Assembly (NCBI RefSeq): GCF_009914755.1
Contig: NC_060943.1
Source of the DNA: the human T2T-CHM13v2.0 reference genome, Homo sapiens
Direction: 5' to 3' (one strand)
DNA length: 64,000 nt
Notes under the pieces: generated by a model
Database searches by the model: none
What the model saw: only the letters and a program-made list of their open reading frames with translations
Told to the model about the DNA's origin: nothing
Shown here: piece after piece, positions 1 to 13,260 of the stretch
How the letters are laid out: every line of letters starts with the position of its first letter
Position numbering within the stretch: the stretch's first letter is position 1
Position numbers and translations under genes: made by a program

Positions 1-490
1 CTGAGGTGTCAGATGGAAATGAGGAACTTATTGGGAACTGGAACAAACGTGACATGTGTTATGCCTTAGGAAAGAACTTGGTTGAATTGTGTCCATCCTT
101 TAGGACTCTGTGAACATTTGAACTTGAGAGTGATGATTTAGGTTATTTGGCAGAAGAAATTTCTAAGCAGCAAAGTGTTCAAGATGTGGCATGGCTGTGT
201 CTAACAGCCTATGTTCAGATGTGTGAGCAAATAAATGACCTAAGGTTGGAAATTATATTCTATTTAAAGAGGAAGCAGACCATAGTAGTTTGGAAAATTT
301 GCAACCTGGCCATGTGGTAGAAGAGAAAAGCCTATTTTCAAGAGAAGAATTCAAGTGAGCTGCTAAGCAACCACTTGATAGAGAAATTTGCATAAGTAAA
401 ATGCAAACAAGAGCTGATAGCAAAGACAATGGCAGAAAGGTCTCAAAGGCATTTCAGAGACCTCTGCAGCAACCCCTCCCATCACAGGCA
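1..490 (+). mobile_element. MaLR (MST/THE1-type) internal sequence fragment
   Basis: GATGGAAATGAGGAACTTATTGGGAACTGG...CAAAGGCATTTCAGAGACCT...CCCCTCCCATCACAGGC resembles the MaLR internal consensus as I recall it. Confidence 0.7.
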
Positions 491-789
491 ATCCATCCAT
501 CCAGTAAAGCTAGAACATGGAGGAGGGGATGAACAGCTGGAGAGCTTCTGGGCAGGAAAAAAATCCTTAAGTCAGGCAAAGAATAGATTGAGGAGACAGA
601 GAACCTGAAGGGTGACAGCACTTTTTAAAGCTCAGTGGTCCTCTGCAGGACTTTTTGAACCAAGCAATGTAGAGACAGCTTACCATATGAACTTATGTTG
701 TTACTCAAGAAAGTTGAGAACTAAATAGGTTTTCAGCTATTGTAGGCCAATAATAAATCAGACTGTCTATTGATATTACTTTTGCTTCA

Positions 790-1442
790 CTAAGAAAACA
801 GGATACTACTACAGACACATCAGAATGACTACAATTGAAAGAACGACAATATAAAGTCTTGGAAAGGATGTGGAATGACTGGAATTATCATACATTGGTA
901 GTGAACATGTTATATGGTACAACCACTTTGGAAAACTGACAGTTTTTTAAAAAATTAAACACACAACTATCCCATGACCCTACCTCTATTACAAGAGAAA
1001 GGAGTGCACATGGCCATAGAGAGGTATGTTCATACAGCTTTATTCACAGCAGTTAAAAACTTAAAACAAGCTGGATGTCCATTAATGAGTGAATGCATAA
1101 ACTAACTGGTACATTCATGCAATGGAATGCTACTAAGAACTGTTGACGTATACCCTACACATATGAATTGCTAACATTATGCTAAGAGAAGCCAGATGCA
1201 AAAGAATACATATTGTATACTATTCTAAGAAGGCCAAGAACTGGCAAAATGAATCTATGGGATAAACATCAGAATAGTGGTTCTTCTAAGGGGGTGATGA
1301 ATGGGAAGGAGCTCAAGGGAAGTTTCCAGTGTGATGGAAATATTCTTTACCTTCTAGGTGATGGTTACATGGGCATACACATCATCGTGCTGTACACTTA
1401 AGATAGGTACATGATACTTCAATAAACCATTTTTAAAAGAAA
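790..1442 (+). mobile_element. Old L1M 3' end fragment
   Basis: Typical L1M 3' motifs (GGTACAACCACTTTGGAAAACTG, GGATGTCCATTAATGAGTGAATG, GTGATGGAAATATTCT) ending in AATAAA. Confidence 0.7.
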
Positions 1443-2592
1443 ACATCCATTCCTGGAAACAGAACAGACACATCACACATAAACAAGAACGCTTTGTTCT
1501 TATCAGAATGTATTACTTCATTTAAAGTCATGGTTTGGCCCTCTGGTTGGTAGTGGAGGCCCTCCAATTCCTATGACTTGACTAATTGTTGATCTTGAGA
1601 AATGTACATAATGGGTTGTATTTGTTTGGCTATAGAAAAAAGATGAGATTTCTGTCTTAGCAATCTCTTTAGCCGACTGCCTATGGTACATACTGGATTC
1701 TGGTGTAATGCTTATTCAATAATAAAACTGTTTTCTTTCCCTTCTACCTTTGTAGCGAGGTTTTCTGGGTTGGCAGGAAGTTTCTGTTTTTATTTCCTCA
1801 ACAATAGACACGCAGTTTCCCTATACAACATGGTTAAAAGGCTTAAGCAGCTAAAATTCACTACCTGCTATTCAAAGATGAGTCTCATATGGATACAAAA
1901 GTGAACGTGTTTAAAGACATTACTGAGACTTCCAGTTTCTGGTCCAGCAAGGAGCTGGAAGTCCTCACTCCATCCTAACAACAAATAAAAAGCTGAACAA
2001 ACTGAAAAATCAGCAGTTCTTCTTAGATCTGTCAAATAAGTGAGGTCACAAGGCAAGCTACTGCCTCCAAAGTTGGAGACAGGCAGACACAGAGAATGAT
2101 AACTTACCAGAGCAGAAACTCACAAGCAGTAATCTTTGTGCCTCTGCAGGAACCAGAACAAGGTTAGGAAAACCTGAACTCTAATTGATGAATTGCTGGA
2201 AGCTGAATGTGGTTAAGTCTGAGAATTAAAAACTCCAAGAAGACCTTGCCATAGAGCTATCTTTACACTTTCGTGAGTTTTATCTCCAAGGACTCTAGCA
2301 GGTTCTCACAGTGAAGATCTGAGAAAAGTCCCCAGCTGGTTCTGGCAGGGGAAGAGGAAGAGTAGCCATTTTGAAATATACCACGGCATTCTGTTCAATG
2401 CTCAGGAGAGAAACTATTTTATCAGAGCCTACCGTCTTGGGGTTTTATCAGTGTCCAAATGACCTGGAAGAAGGAAAATAAACAATTCTGGTCCCCTCTT
2501 GCCACCCTGTCCCACTTAAGGGGAAAGGGTTTTACTCGGAAGGACTTGTGAAATTCATAGTCCCTGGGCTCAGGATAAGAGACTGAAACCTT

Positions 2593-2835
2593 TGGGAGGC
2601 CGAGGCGGGCGGATCACGAGGTCAGAGATCGAGACCATCCTGGCTAACATGGTGAAACCCCGTCTCTACTAAAAATACAAAAAATTAGCTGGGTGTGGTG
2701 GCGGATGCCTGTAGTCCCAGCTACTCGGGAAGCTGAGGCAGGAGGCGGAGCTTGCAGTGAGCCGAGATTGTGCCATTGCACTCCAGCCTGGGTGACACAG
2801 CGAGACTCTGTCTCAAAAAAAAAAAAAAAAAAAAA
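2593..2835 (+). mobile_element. 5'-truncated AluY-like element
   Basis: Alu body with long poly(A); TSD GAAACCTT at 2585-2592 and 2836-2843; internal deletion in the right arm. Confidence 0.9.
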
Positions 2836-2855
2836 GAAACCTTACCATTAAGACT

Positions 2856-3208
2856 TGTTGAAACCATTAATTGGGAGGCCATTAGGCCGAGGTGGCTCCA
2901 GTAGCCTGAATTCTTAACCTAAGCAAACCCAAACCCAACTCAGTGTAACTGGCCTTAACCAATCAGAAACCACCAATTAACCTCCTACTATTGACTTCCC
3001 ACTGGAATGATCCAAATAAGGCTCTACTCTAACCAATCAAGTATTTTCTTTGCCTTGTTTCTGAGTTCAGCCTGTAAAAGCCCTTCCCTCATGCCTCTTC
3101 AGAGAGGCCCTAAGCTGCATGTGATCTGGCAATGCCCAATTCATGAACTGCTATCTGCTTAAGCTCTTTAAAATTTTAATGTGCCTAAGTTTATATATTA
3201 TTTTTGCA
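2856..3208 (+). mobile_element. ERV1 solo LTR, MER93/MER57-like
   Basis: TG...CA termini; AATTGGGAGGCCATTAGGCCGAGGTGGCTCC start; repeated CCAAT boxes. Confidence 0.6.
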
Positions 3209-3465
3209 GACCATAGAACACTTCCCCTCTCACAACCAAATCTTATCACCATGTTACTAAAGACCTATCATGCGGCTCATTTTACCAAGTACATCATATT
3301 CAGCTATCAGGAAAAAATTACAAGGCACTCTAATAGGCAAAATACACAGATTGAAGATTTTACTTAACTCATTAATGAGAAAAACTGGTGACGTATTAAA
3401 ACCAACTCATAAGAGAACCCTTCCCCGAGCCGAAAAAAAGTCACATTTATAGATCAAGAATATTA

Positions 3466-3770
<305 letters not shown>

Positions 3771-4439
3771 ATTAAAATTAAAATGATATGCAGCAGCAAA
3801 AGAGGCAAAAACTGGCCTCCTCACAAATGGAGATGGAGGAGGGAAGTAAGCTGAGCCTCCTCCAATTTACTTTTCTGTAAACAAGAAGTAATTTGAACTG
3901 CCATCAGTGATCCACAATGTGAGTTGGTAAATAGCTCAAAACAATGACAAAGTAGAATCAAATGACCTAAAAGCCCATGATCTAAATAATGCACTGAAGC
4001 ACAGTTTCTCCATTCGTTGCTTATTTTGTGCCAGGCACATTTATGAGCACTTAATCCTCGCAACACTATTAGCTAAGAAATATTGTTCCGTGCACACATG
4101 AGCAACTGAAGCTCATAAAGATTAAACAATTAAGAAAAAGTCACACAGCAGACACACTCTACAGCTCAAGTGTCAACCAAACACCCACAGAGATGCATAT
4201 AGGGTCACATATCAAATCACATAACCTCACGGAGAATGGGCCTAACCTCACGGAGAATGGGGCCATCAGATACACCAAAGCAGACGCTCGGTGGTCCCAA
4301 CCACCTCTCATAACACTTTCCCAAACTTAAGACGCACATGTCCACGCCAATGTATTATCATAGGCCCTTCCCCCCCTCTTAAAGCCTCCCACGAAGTCTG
4401 AACCTGGTACTGATATACGCTTCAGCCCTCAGAAGGCAA

Positions 4440-5010
4440 CCGCTTGATTCTCTGCGCAGGCGCAGCGTTCTCAACACCGCCAACGGGCACAAAGCCACGC
4501 CCCCACGGCCCAACTCACGCCTACGTACTCAGTCACCAGCGGAACCCTCTCCACCAGGCTCCGCGTCGAGGCCCTACGGGGCGTCAATACGCACGCGTAC
4601 TTTGTGTCCCAGGTAGCTCGTCTCTTAGCCATGTACGCCTCTGCATTCCGGTCACTGGGAGCGGGGCCGTGGGGGCTGCACATGCGCACTGCGAGTCCTC
4701 GCCTACTCCCAGAAACCACCCGGGCGCATACGCGGTGCGGCCGCTGCTTCAGGTCGGCGGGCTCCAGGGAGACCTGGGTGGGCAGCGTCGCCGTTTCTCC
4801 TTTCTTGGGCAGTATTTTTCCCAGCGCCACGCGGAGGCTGGGCCATTATGAGGTTTGTGTTGCGTCGGGGCGGTCCGTCTCAGAGGCGCTCCGGGGAGGA
4901 GTGGGCGGCTGAATGGCCAGAGGCCCAGGGATCCGTTCAGGTCAGCGCTGGCGTCCGGGCCTGAGTTTGGAGGTGGCGGGTGCCTGACAAGAATGCGCGC
5001 GTGATCAGTG
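4440..5010. promoter_or_regulatory. CpG-island promoter of ZNF542P (probably bidirectional; I recall ZSCAN5A starting head-to-head here)
   Basis: High CpG density; NRF1-like TGCGCAGGCGCA (4453) and GCACATGCGCA (~4678); candidate exon-1 donor GAG|GTTTGT at 4852/4853. Confidence 0.8.
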
Positions 5011-5259
5011 TGTTGGCGTTTGTGTACACAGAGGACATTATTAAAATTACTCTTTGTGTGAATGGTTCTATCCCAGAGTAGGCCACTGGGGCATTGAAAA
5101 AAGCCCAGTTACATTTTTAGGAACCAGAGCTGCACGCTAAACAGTGTTTTCTTTTGACAGTGAAATCTGTCGTTTTTGGAGTTTGTTAGGAACATGGTTG
5201 AAAATGGGTGGCAGTGGGTTCGAGAATCTCGTCTTTGAAGTTTTCTTCCTTCTCCTTAG

Positions 5260-5330
5260 CTCTGCATTTCCAGGACCTGGTCACTATTCAGGACACGGTT
5301 CCAGCGCAGTGCGCGTTAGCCATGTCTCAG
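5260..5330 (+). pseudogene. ZNF542P: ZNF542P start-codon exon (ATG TCT CAG at 5322-5330)
   Basis: Polypyrimidine tract-TAG acceptor; GCCATG context; CAG|GTAAGT donor; same 9-nt coding design as ZNF582 and ZNF583. Confidence 0.8.
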
Positions 5331-6760
5331 GTAAGTTTTTGTCCTGCAACATCATAGGTTTTAAGTCCTGGGCACATCTAATTTTGCTTACTTGGGTGGT
5401 AAAGACTGACACCGGTACAAGGCTCAGGTCTTTTCATTCAGCAACACGTGGGACTATAGCAACCTCTCTTCTCAGAGTCCATGTCCTGTACTTTAGTGTT
5501 CATTTATTCACTGAATGAATTAATCTGAGTCTCCACTGTCACCAGTCTTCTTTTAAGCACTGTGTGGTGGGTCAAAGATACATTCCCTGGAGAAGACAAG
5601 AGCCTTTATCCGGGGACTGTCGTCTTCCTGAAGTAGGGGTGAATACTCAGTCATCTTTGAATTCCTTTACAGCTCCAGACTGAGAGGACGCAGCATAGAA
5701 AATGCTTATGAGTGGTTCAGACTCAGTAATGGTAATCTGCCTTTGGAAATTTTGGGGAATGGGAATGTCATTGATATCTTAAGCATGAAAGTCCAGGTTA
5801 ACAAAGTCAGGCCATTTACTAGGACATTAGTGAAAGAGAGTGTTGTGGATCACAGGTTCCAGTTTGACGTTGGGCAGCTTAAAGTCACAGGCTTCATCTG
5901 TGGAATTCCGGAAAATACCTATTGGCTTTCTGTAAATGAGGAACAAGAAGTATGCTGCAAGGGAGAAGATGGATGAGCTGGCTATATTTCCCAAAAAAGG
6001 GTTCTCTTCAGGGTGTTTGCATGGTCTCTGAAATTTTGTGCAAATACAACCAGATTTGATTCTTAGCCCGCTAAATGTAGTCACCAAGACATTTTGTTTG
6101 AAAAATAGATTTTCTTCTCAAAGGGGAAACTTACATTTTCTTTTAGGGAAACAGGCAGTATTTTCCCTACACATTCTGTTTGTTATGATGACTCAAGCTG
6201 TTCATGAAGTTGTTAAATTATATTTATGTATTTTAAAAGAAAAGTTGTTAAAAAAATTTCAACCGTCATATAACAACCATGCAGAAAAAAACATTTTTAC
6301 CACTTTATTGTTTCTGTATTTTGATGTGAAGTATTTGAGCTTAAGGCTTTTTTTAACCACCAGTTCTTATCCCATTTCCTCCATACTTCCAATGCTTCCT
6401 TAACTCTGTTGATATTTTCACCATCAAGATAGATTTCCATCACTTCTGCAAGTATTTTTCATGTAGTTTTCCCTGCCCTGGCCCTCAGAGGAAACTAATT
6501 TCTTGTTTTGATGACAGTGGATTTGTTTTGCTTGGCTTCACGTAAATGGAGTCAAGTAGTCAGTAGGTGTGTGTCTGGCTTCATTAACTCAACATAATGA
6601 TTTTAATGTTCATTAATGTCCATTATTTGTTGTTGTTTTGCTGAGTATTCCATTGTGTTAATATATTACAGTCTACTTACTCATTTTCCTGTTGATAGAC
6701 ATTTGGGATGTTTCTAGATTTTTGGCTATTATTAGTAAAACTGCTATGAATATTATTGTG

Positions 6761-6976
6761 TAGGCTGAGTATCCCTTATCCAAAATTCCTGGGACCAGAA
6801 GTATTTCAGATTTTGGATTTTTTTTGTTTTGTTTTGGAATATTTGCATTATACCTACTGGTTGCGCAACCCAAATCTGAAATCCAAAATGTTCCATGAGC
6901 ATTTCTTTTGACTATTACATCAACACTTAAAAAGTTTTGGATTTTGAAGCATTTCAGATTAGGGATATTCAACCTG
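6761..6976 (-). mobile_element. Tigger4a/MER46A DNA transposon inside an old L1
   Basis: Inverted termini (T/C)AGGYTGAGTATCCCT ... AGGGATATTCAACCTG followed by TA. Confidence 0.75.
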
Positions 6977-7031
6977 TATATGTCTTTTTGTGATCTTTTA
7001 GAAGATGTAGTGGTAGAAAAAATACTGGCAT

Positions 7032-7198
7032 CTGGGCACAGTGGCGCACACCTGTAGTCCCAGCAACTTGGGAAGCTGAGGCAGGAGGATCACTTCAGCC
7101 CAGCATTTCAGCACCATAGTGCAGCACGATCACACCTGTGAATAGCCACTGCATTCCAGCCTGGGCAACATAACAAGACTGCTGTCTCTTAAAAGAAA
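7032..7198 (+). mobile_element. FAM fossil Alu monomer
   Basis: Monomer retaining the 7SL segment GTGAATAGCCACTGCA; TSD AAAATACTGGCA on both sides. Confidence 0.8.
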
Positions 7199-7422
7199 GA
7201 AAATACTGGCATTTGAAGAATATCAAGAAAAAATATTCATTTAAAATATTGTAGTCTGCCTCATTTATGGTGACAGAATTCAGGATAGCAAGAGGTGTGT
7301 CTTGAAGCAATCTTGGGGAATCTTGGAGGTGTTGGTAATATTCAGTTTCTTGATCGGGGATCTGCTGATGGGTGTATTGCGTTGTGAAAATTGATCCTAT
7401 TGGACATGAATTCATCATATTG

Positions 7423-8306
7423 ATCATGGCTTACTGCAGCCTCAACCTCCTAGATTCAAGCAGTCCTCCTGTCTCAGACTCCTGAGTAGCTGGGACTGTA
7501 GGCATGTGCCACCATGCCTGGCTAATTTTTTTATTTTTTTGTAGAGACTAAGTCTTGCTGTGTTGCCCAGGCTTGTCTTGAACTCCTGGCCTGAAGCAGT
7601 CCTCCTGCCTTGGCCTCCCAAAGTGCTGGTGTGGCAGGCCATGTCTCACCAAACGCAGGTGTCCATAACAGCTGTTTCAGTACTGACTGAGTGGTTAAAT
7701 ATTAAAAGCCACTACCCTTACAAAGAGGCTGGAATGTAACAAAAGCCCACCAACAGTTTTGCCTCGGCCTTTCCTGGGCCTTAAAGCATGACAAAATAAT
7801 GAAGGAGTTCTTAACTGGACCCATTTAGGATGAAACAAGTTTTACTGGGGGTCTGAAGAAACCCCCCACGCCTCCACAAACAAATTTATTGGAGGTCTGA
7901 AGGAAATCCCCAAACCACCGTGGTTTAGCAGGAGACAAGATAAGGGTAATCACTCCAGCACCCTACACCCATTTAGATTAAGTAAATTTGCTGAGGCTCC
8001 TGAGGAAGGTCTTCAAGACTCAGACCTTGGTTATAGATTAAAAGAAGTTAATCACTTGTCTTTAGATGAATGCACACCTACACATAGACATATAGCTTAG
8101 AAGGTATATAAGCTCTGGAAAACTTTGTAATTGTGAGTTGGTCTGGCAGTAATTTCCAGGCCTTCTCCCTGTAACCGGCTACAGAAATAAAAACTCCCTT
8201 CCTCCCCAGTTAATCTGCATCTCGTTATTGGGCCTCAATAAATAGCAGCCTGACCCTCAGCTTGGTCCAGGAACACTGGGATTATAGGCATGAGCCACTG
8301 CACCCA
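7423..8306 (-). mobile_element. AluJ split by an LTR
   Basis: Alu runs to CAAAGTGCTGG (7629) and resumes CTGGGATTATAGG (8276). Confidence 0.85.
7630..8275 (+). mobile_element. ERV1 solo LTR (tentatively LTR15-like)
   Basis: TGTGGC...GGAACA termini; 4-bp TSD CTGG; TATATAA and AATAAA; homologous to 33548-34145. Confidence 0.85.
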
Positions 8307-8659
8307 GAGATCCTTAAGATTTCTTAAACCCCACATTCAAGTGAGAAAAGAGGAACCTTCTCTGCCCCATGTTTAATACAATTAAGTTTCAATAGCTTTT
8401 GACCTATGTACTGTTGTTACAGATGGTGCAAGGGTGTATTTGGAAAGGACAACACAGGGCAGCTGTATATGATTGGAGTGATTGGGAATCATAGTTGTAT
8501 TATGAGTTGATGAAGTCCCAGGATATTGGAAAGGAAAACTAACCATAGGCTGGGCATCCTCAGTTCTTCCCACCTTCTTCCTAAGTAGCTGAGGATGAAA
8601 CCTTATTCTTTGCTCCTGTTGCACAGCCTGATGGAGGCAAATAAGGTGAAATAATAACA

Positions 8660-9150
8660 CATCTGCTGCAGTTTTCAGACCATTACATCTACTACCCTAA
8701 AATGTAGCTGCTAGAGCAAAGACTACTTTATTTCCTATGATTCTATGGGTGAGGAATTCACACTGAACTCAACAGGGTGGGAATGATTAATCTCTGATCC
8801 TATGATGCCTGCCAGGGCCTGAATCCCCAAGATGTCTTCTTCATTCATGTATTTTATATTTAGCTAGAATTGCTGGAGTCATGTATCTGGGCCACTGTTC
8901 TTTGCTGCTAGCTGAGTTACTCAGCTTTACTTGATGTAGTCTCAGAATGTCTCACTCTCCATTGGCAACGTCTCATTGTCTTTTCTTATGTGTCATGAGC
9001 CCCTATGAGGGCAAAACAGAAGATGCCAAGCCTTCCTGAAGCTTTCATCTGGAACTAGTTAGTGTTAGTTCTGTCATATTCTGTTGATTAAAGCAAATTG
9101 TAGGTCCGATCCAGATTTAAAGAAAGAGGACTACACTTTGTTTCAGCAAA
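8660..9150. mobile_element. MLT1-type MaLR LTR remnant
   Basis: CTATGGGTGAGGAATT and TTCTGTTGATTAAAGCAAATTGTAGG...CCAGATTTAAAG motifs typical of MLT1. Confidence 0.5.
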
Positions 9151-9550
9151 AAAGTAATTTGTAAGTTATTCTGATACACTACAGATCCATGGTAGAATTG
9201 ATCATGACTGGCTTTCAACAAAGTCAATGTGTGGTCATACTATGAATATGTAAGATTATAAAATCAACTATGCTAGTTCCTTTACAAATTGGTTTTGAAT
9301 ACGTGGATACACAATCTCTGAGCAATACATTTCTTAAATTATTCAGTGTTTTTTGAATCACCCTGTTCATCTTGAATGTTTCCCTTATTAAGTATTTTTC
9401 TATACCCAAATTTTAATAAACACTATTTCACAGTATTGCTCTTTAGTAACTTAAATAAGCTGCTTTTATAAGACAAAGAGTCCTTATCAGCTCCTCCCAA
9501 CTTCCAGTTATTTCCTTGGGCTCTTCTAAGGAAGTGTTTATCATTTTCAG

Positions 9551-9790
<240 letters not shown>

Positions 9791-9924
9791 TGAGCAGCTT
9801 TCTTTATCCTATCTGCCAGATGTTCTAATGTTTTTGTTTTTATAATGGCTTGTGTTTCGATTACAGTGTTGATCTGTCACAATACCTGAGTAACCAGAGC
9901 ATAGCCAACTCTTTCTATTCACAG

Positions 9925-10017
9925 GACTTTCCATTTCTAAATCTGTGATTTCACTGTTGGAGAAAAGGAAACTGCCTTGGATAATGGCAAAAGAAGAGAT
10001 AAGAGGCCCATTGCCAG
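9925..10017 (+). pseudogene. ZNF542P: ZNF542P KRAB-B exon
   Basis: 93-nt phase-1 exon GLSISKSVISLLEKRKLPWIMAKEEIRGPLP; ACAG| acceptor and |GTGAG donor. Confidence 0.9.
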
Positions 10018-10433
10018 GTGAGTATGAAGAACCAACTAGCGGGGGTAAGCCATGTATATGAAAGGCATACCAGGTCTAGAGGGCAAAGCACCTTTAAGAT
10101 GTGAAAGATGCTCTCTTCCAATGTTCCATACGTATGTAGAAATTGAGGCTCCTTGAGTTTGAGTTCCTAAAAGGGTACTGATCACCCACCATTTATATCT
10201 GCTTTTATAAATGCCTGTGGGCTCAGAAATTACAGGTGTGTCTTTCCTCTTTGTCTATGGTAAGCTTCCTTTTAAATTCAGGATCCTGTTTCTCATGACT
10301 TTTTTTTTATTTGACTCTTTGATATTGTTTTCTTTACTGTAAGATGACTTATATAGTGGTCTGATTGTTTGAATGGGTGTATTCATTGGTCATTTATTCA
10401 TTAACATTAATTCCATTTTTAAAACTAGTCAAC

Positions 10434-11640
10434 TGTTGAGAGTCCCCAAGACCACCCCCAGGTTCAAGGACTTACTAGGAGTCGTCACAGGAGTCATCAT
10501 ATCATTGTATTCATGCCTGCAAAGTTAGTGAATAGTCCAGAAGAACACCATCATTCTGATGCCAGCTGCAAAGTATGGGGGTCCCCAAGACCACCCTGAA
10601 TTCTGACACGAATTGCAAATCCAAAGGTCCCCAAGATGACCCTCAGGTTTGATAATTCACTAGAAGGATTCACAGAACTCACTGAAAGCTGTTACACTCA
10701 TGGTTAGAGTTTATTGCCATGAAAGGATACACATTAAAAATCAGCCGAGGAAAAAGACATGGGGCAGAGTCTCGGAGGACTTCCATTTATGCCCCCACAG
10801 TGGAGTCATGGACAGTGTTAACTCCTCCCAACAATGATGTGTGGCAGTATGCACAGTGTGTGGCCAACCAAGGAAGCCTATCTGACCCTTGTTATCCAGA
10901 CTCCTCATTAGGGCACCATCATGTAGACATGGCTGACTGCTAATGTCTCACCTCAATCTCTAGCTCCTCTGAAGGTCACCCTAATATCATGTGACCCAAA
11001 GCCCCACATAAATCACATAGTTTGATTATCTGGTGTGGTCCAACGCCCATAGGTAAATAGAGACACTTTTATCTTGCAGGATATTTCAAGGTGTCAGAGA
11101 TGACCATCTCCCAGGAGCCAAAGGCAAAGACTAGAACTCTCTTTGGAAAAGGTTAAATTATTTACTACACAATGGCTAAGATTTATTTTAGCAAAAGATA
11201 TAAAACAAAATCAGCAAAGGTAAGCTCATAAGGCAAAGTCTGGAGGAAATCAGGAATGTGCTTCCGAGATTCCTCTCCCAGGGGAGTCACACAGGAGGTA
11301 CTTAATTCCTCTAGCAGCAACTTGTGTGGTATGTGTGAGATAATAGCAGCTAGACAACATTAGACTTAGTGCCAAGGAATTTACTTAGGGAAGCCATAAA
11401 GGTACCCTCTGCCGAGTATATGCTAAAAATCCAGAATCTCAGAAGGAAAGTAGGTGTTCCGCATAAACCACATCATCTGCACAAATAGCTTAGGCACAGT
11501 AAGCCACTTGTACCAGTTCCGGGAATGGTAGAAACCCTCATGAAATCCAAGTTCCTTAGAGGTCAGTCAGGGGCCAACGTTGTAAGCACACCTTTCTAAG
11601 GAGAACAGTCTCAAAGCCTGCTGTGTTCTTTTCTGAGTTT
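10434..11640 (-). mobile_element. MER77-like LTR with a nested MER21C-like LTR (~10519-11171)
   Basis: Outer element (GTCCCCAAGACCACCCCCAGGTTC...) is interrupted and resumes at 11172; near-TSD ATGCC/ATGGC; inner element ends GGTTAAATTATTTACTACACA. Confidence 0.65.
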
Positions 11641-13260
11641 GTTTAAAAGTATAGAAACTTGCAGTGAGTTTACATTTGAGTGAGGGGATTAAGACTTGCT
11701 TCCACAAACCTTGTGCAAAGTAGAAACTAATTAACTAGTAGAAACTAATTAAAATGGTTTATTTTGATGTGTGGGAGTTAGTAAAGTTTTAGTTTCAAAA
11801 CTGGGTGATATTTAAAGTTATAGAAAGTGAGGAAATGAAGTACATTTGTGATATATTTATTTAAGGAATTGTTGGAATTAAGGTATGTCTTGAACTGTGA
11901 GTTACAAATATGTAGCTGGATCTCAATAGTAATTCAGAATTGGAGATGAATGTGTTTTTTATATGTTTTGTGGTGATGGACCCTTAGGAATGGAAGAAAT
12001 GAATTGCCTATAGATAGCAGAGAAGGACTGATTGATTGGTAGCAAGAGAAACAGGAAACATCCTGTGTTAGAATTCCAGGGCCTCACTATTCATGAAGAA
12101 AAGGTAACCAAAGTAAGACCAAGACGTTAGGATAAGACAACGTTGAAAGGTAGTTTATATCTGACTAATTTATGGTTCTTGCTAAAGTGGATATTTCTAT
12201 GGTGAAAAGGATGTAGAATAATGAGCTTGAATTGTCACATTTGGTAATAATCTTTTATTTGAGTTCATTTTCAAAACCATTAGGCCTTCGTAGTAGAGGC
12301 CCCCTGTAAAACCAGCCCCTCTTGCACCCTTAATGAGGTTAGCCCTCTCCACTGTCTACATACACAGTATAATCTGGAAAAAACAGTGGGATTCCCACAT
12401 GTTTAGTGCATGAAAAACAGGCCAGACTCAGTCATTTTCCATAATTGACCGGGGTTCTGTTCTGTTCTTTTACAGCAAGCACAGCCAGCATCTCTGCCCC
12501 TCTGCCCTTTAGCTCCTAAACAGTAAAAACAACTACAGGTTAGAAGGGTATTATGTTCGTCTTTGTAGCAAGTCCTATTGCCTTTCTTTAATTTTTGATC
12601 CTGTTGATCAGTCTTCCTGTAATGCCATTTTGGCCCCTGCAATTCCCCATAGTACATGTTTTCTTAAGCTCTAAATCTGTTTCCTTGCTGCCTTCACTTG
12701 ACCCTCTTATTTTTCCTGTTTGCTTAGCGATCTCTTTAATCTCAAAATGTCTATATCAGTGAGAATTCATACCCTATCTGCCCCTGATTATATGATTGAT
12801 TTTATTGTTTCTATATTATGTCAAATTGTTTCTGCAGTAAAATAATTGGAGATGCCTTCTGTCTGGACACATTAATTCCTCTGGTTAATGCATACATATA
12901 CATACAGAAACTATCATTTACCTTTTTGTGTTTTGAAACTTGTGGTATAACTTAGCACACTGCATCTTGTCCTTTTCACTTAATACATTATCCTGCAGCT
13001 CAGAAAACAGCTGAAGTTCACTCTTTTTTTAGTAGCTAAGTAATACTACAGATAGAGATATACCATGGTTAATGATGAGGGACCCCTAGTTTGTTTCCAA
13101 TATAAAGCCTATTTCAATAAGCATTCTTATCAATATAACCTTAAAAACTGGTATCTTAGTTTCTTGAGTAGGTGCCTAAAGTGGGATTGAAAAGATAAAA
13201 GATAGGTATATTACATTAGTTTAATTTGCTTCTGTTCATTGATTTTTTTTCCCCTTTCAG

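Larger units (their letters stand above)
1925..3360 (+). mobile_element. Old L1M 5' region interrupted by an AluY and an LTR
   Basis: L1M 5'UTR-like sequence continues on both sides of the insertions at 2593-2835 and 2856-3208. Confidence 0.45.

Noticed and set aside
4222-4262. Short tandem duplications (also ~11719-11752, 29006-29031, 39987-40016, 44380-44452)
   Set aside because: Two-copy slippage duplications with no sign of function
4444-4912. Overlapping 100-135 aa ORFs in CpG islands (also 29624-30193 and 40041-40946)
   Set aside because: GC-rich, stop-poor sequence; no recognisable domains
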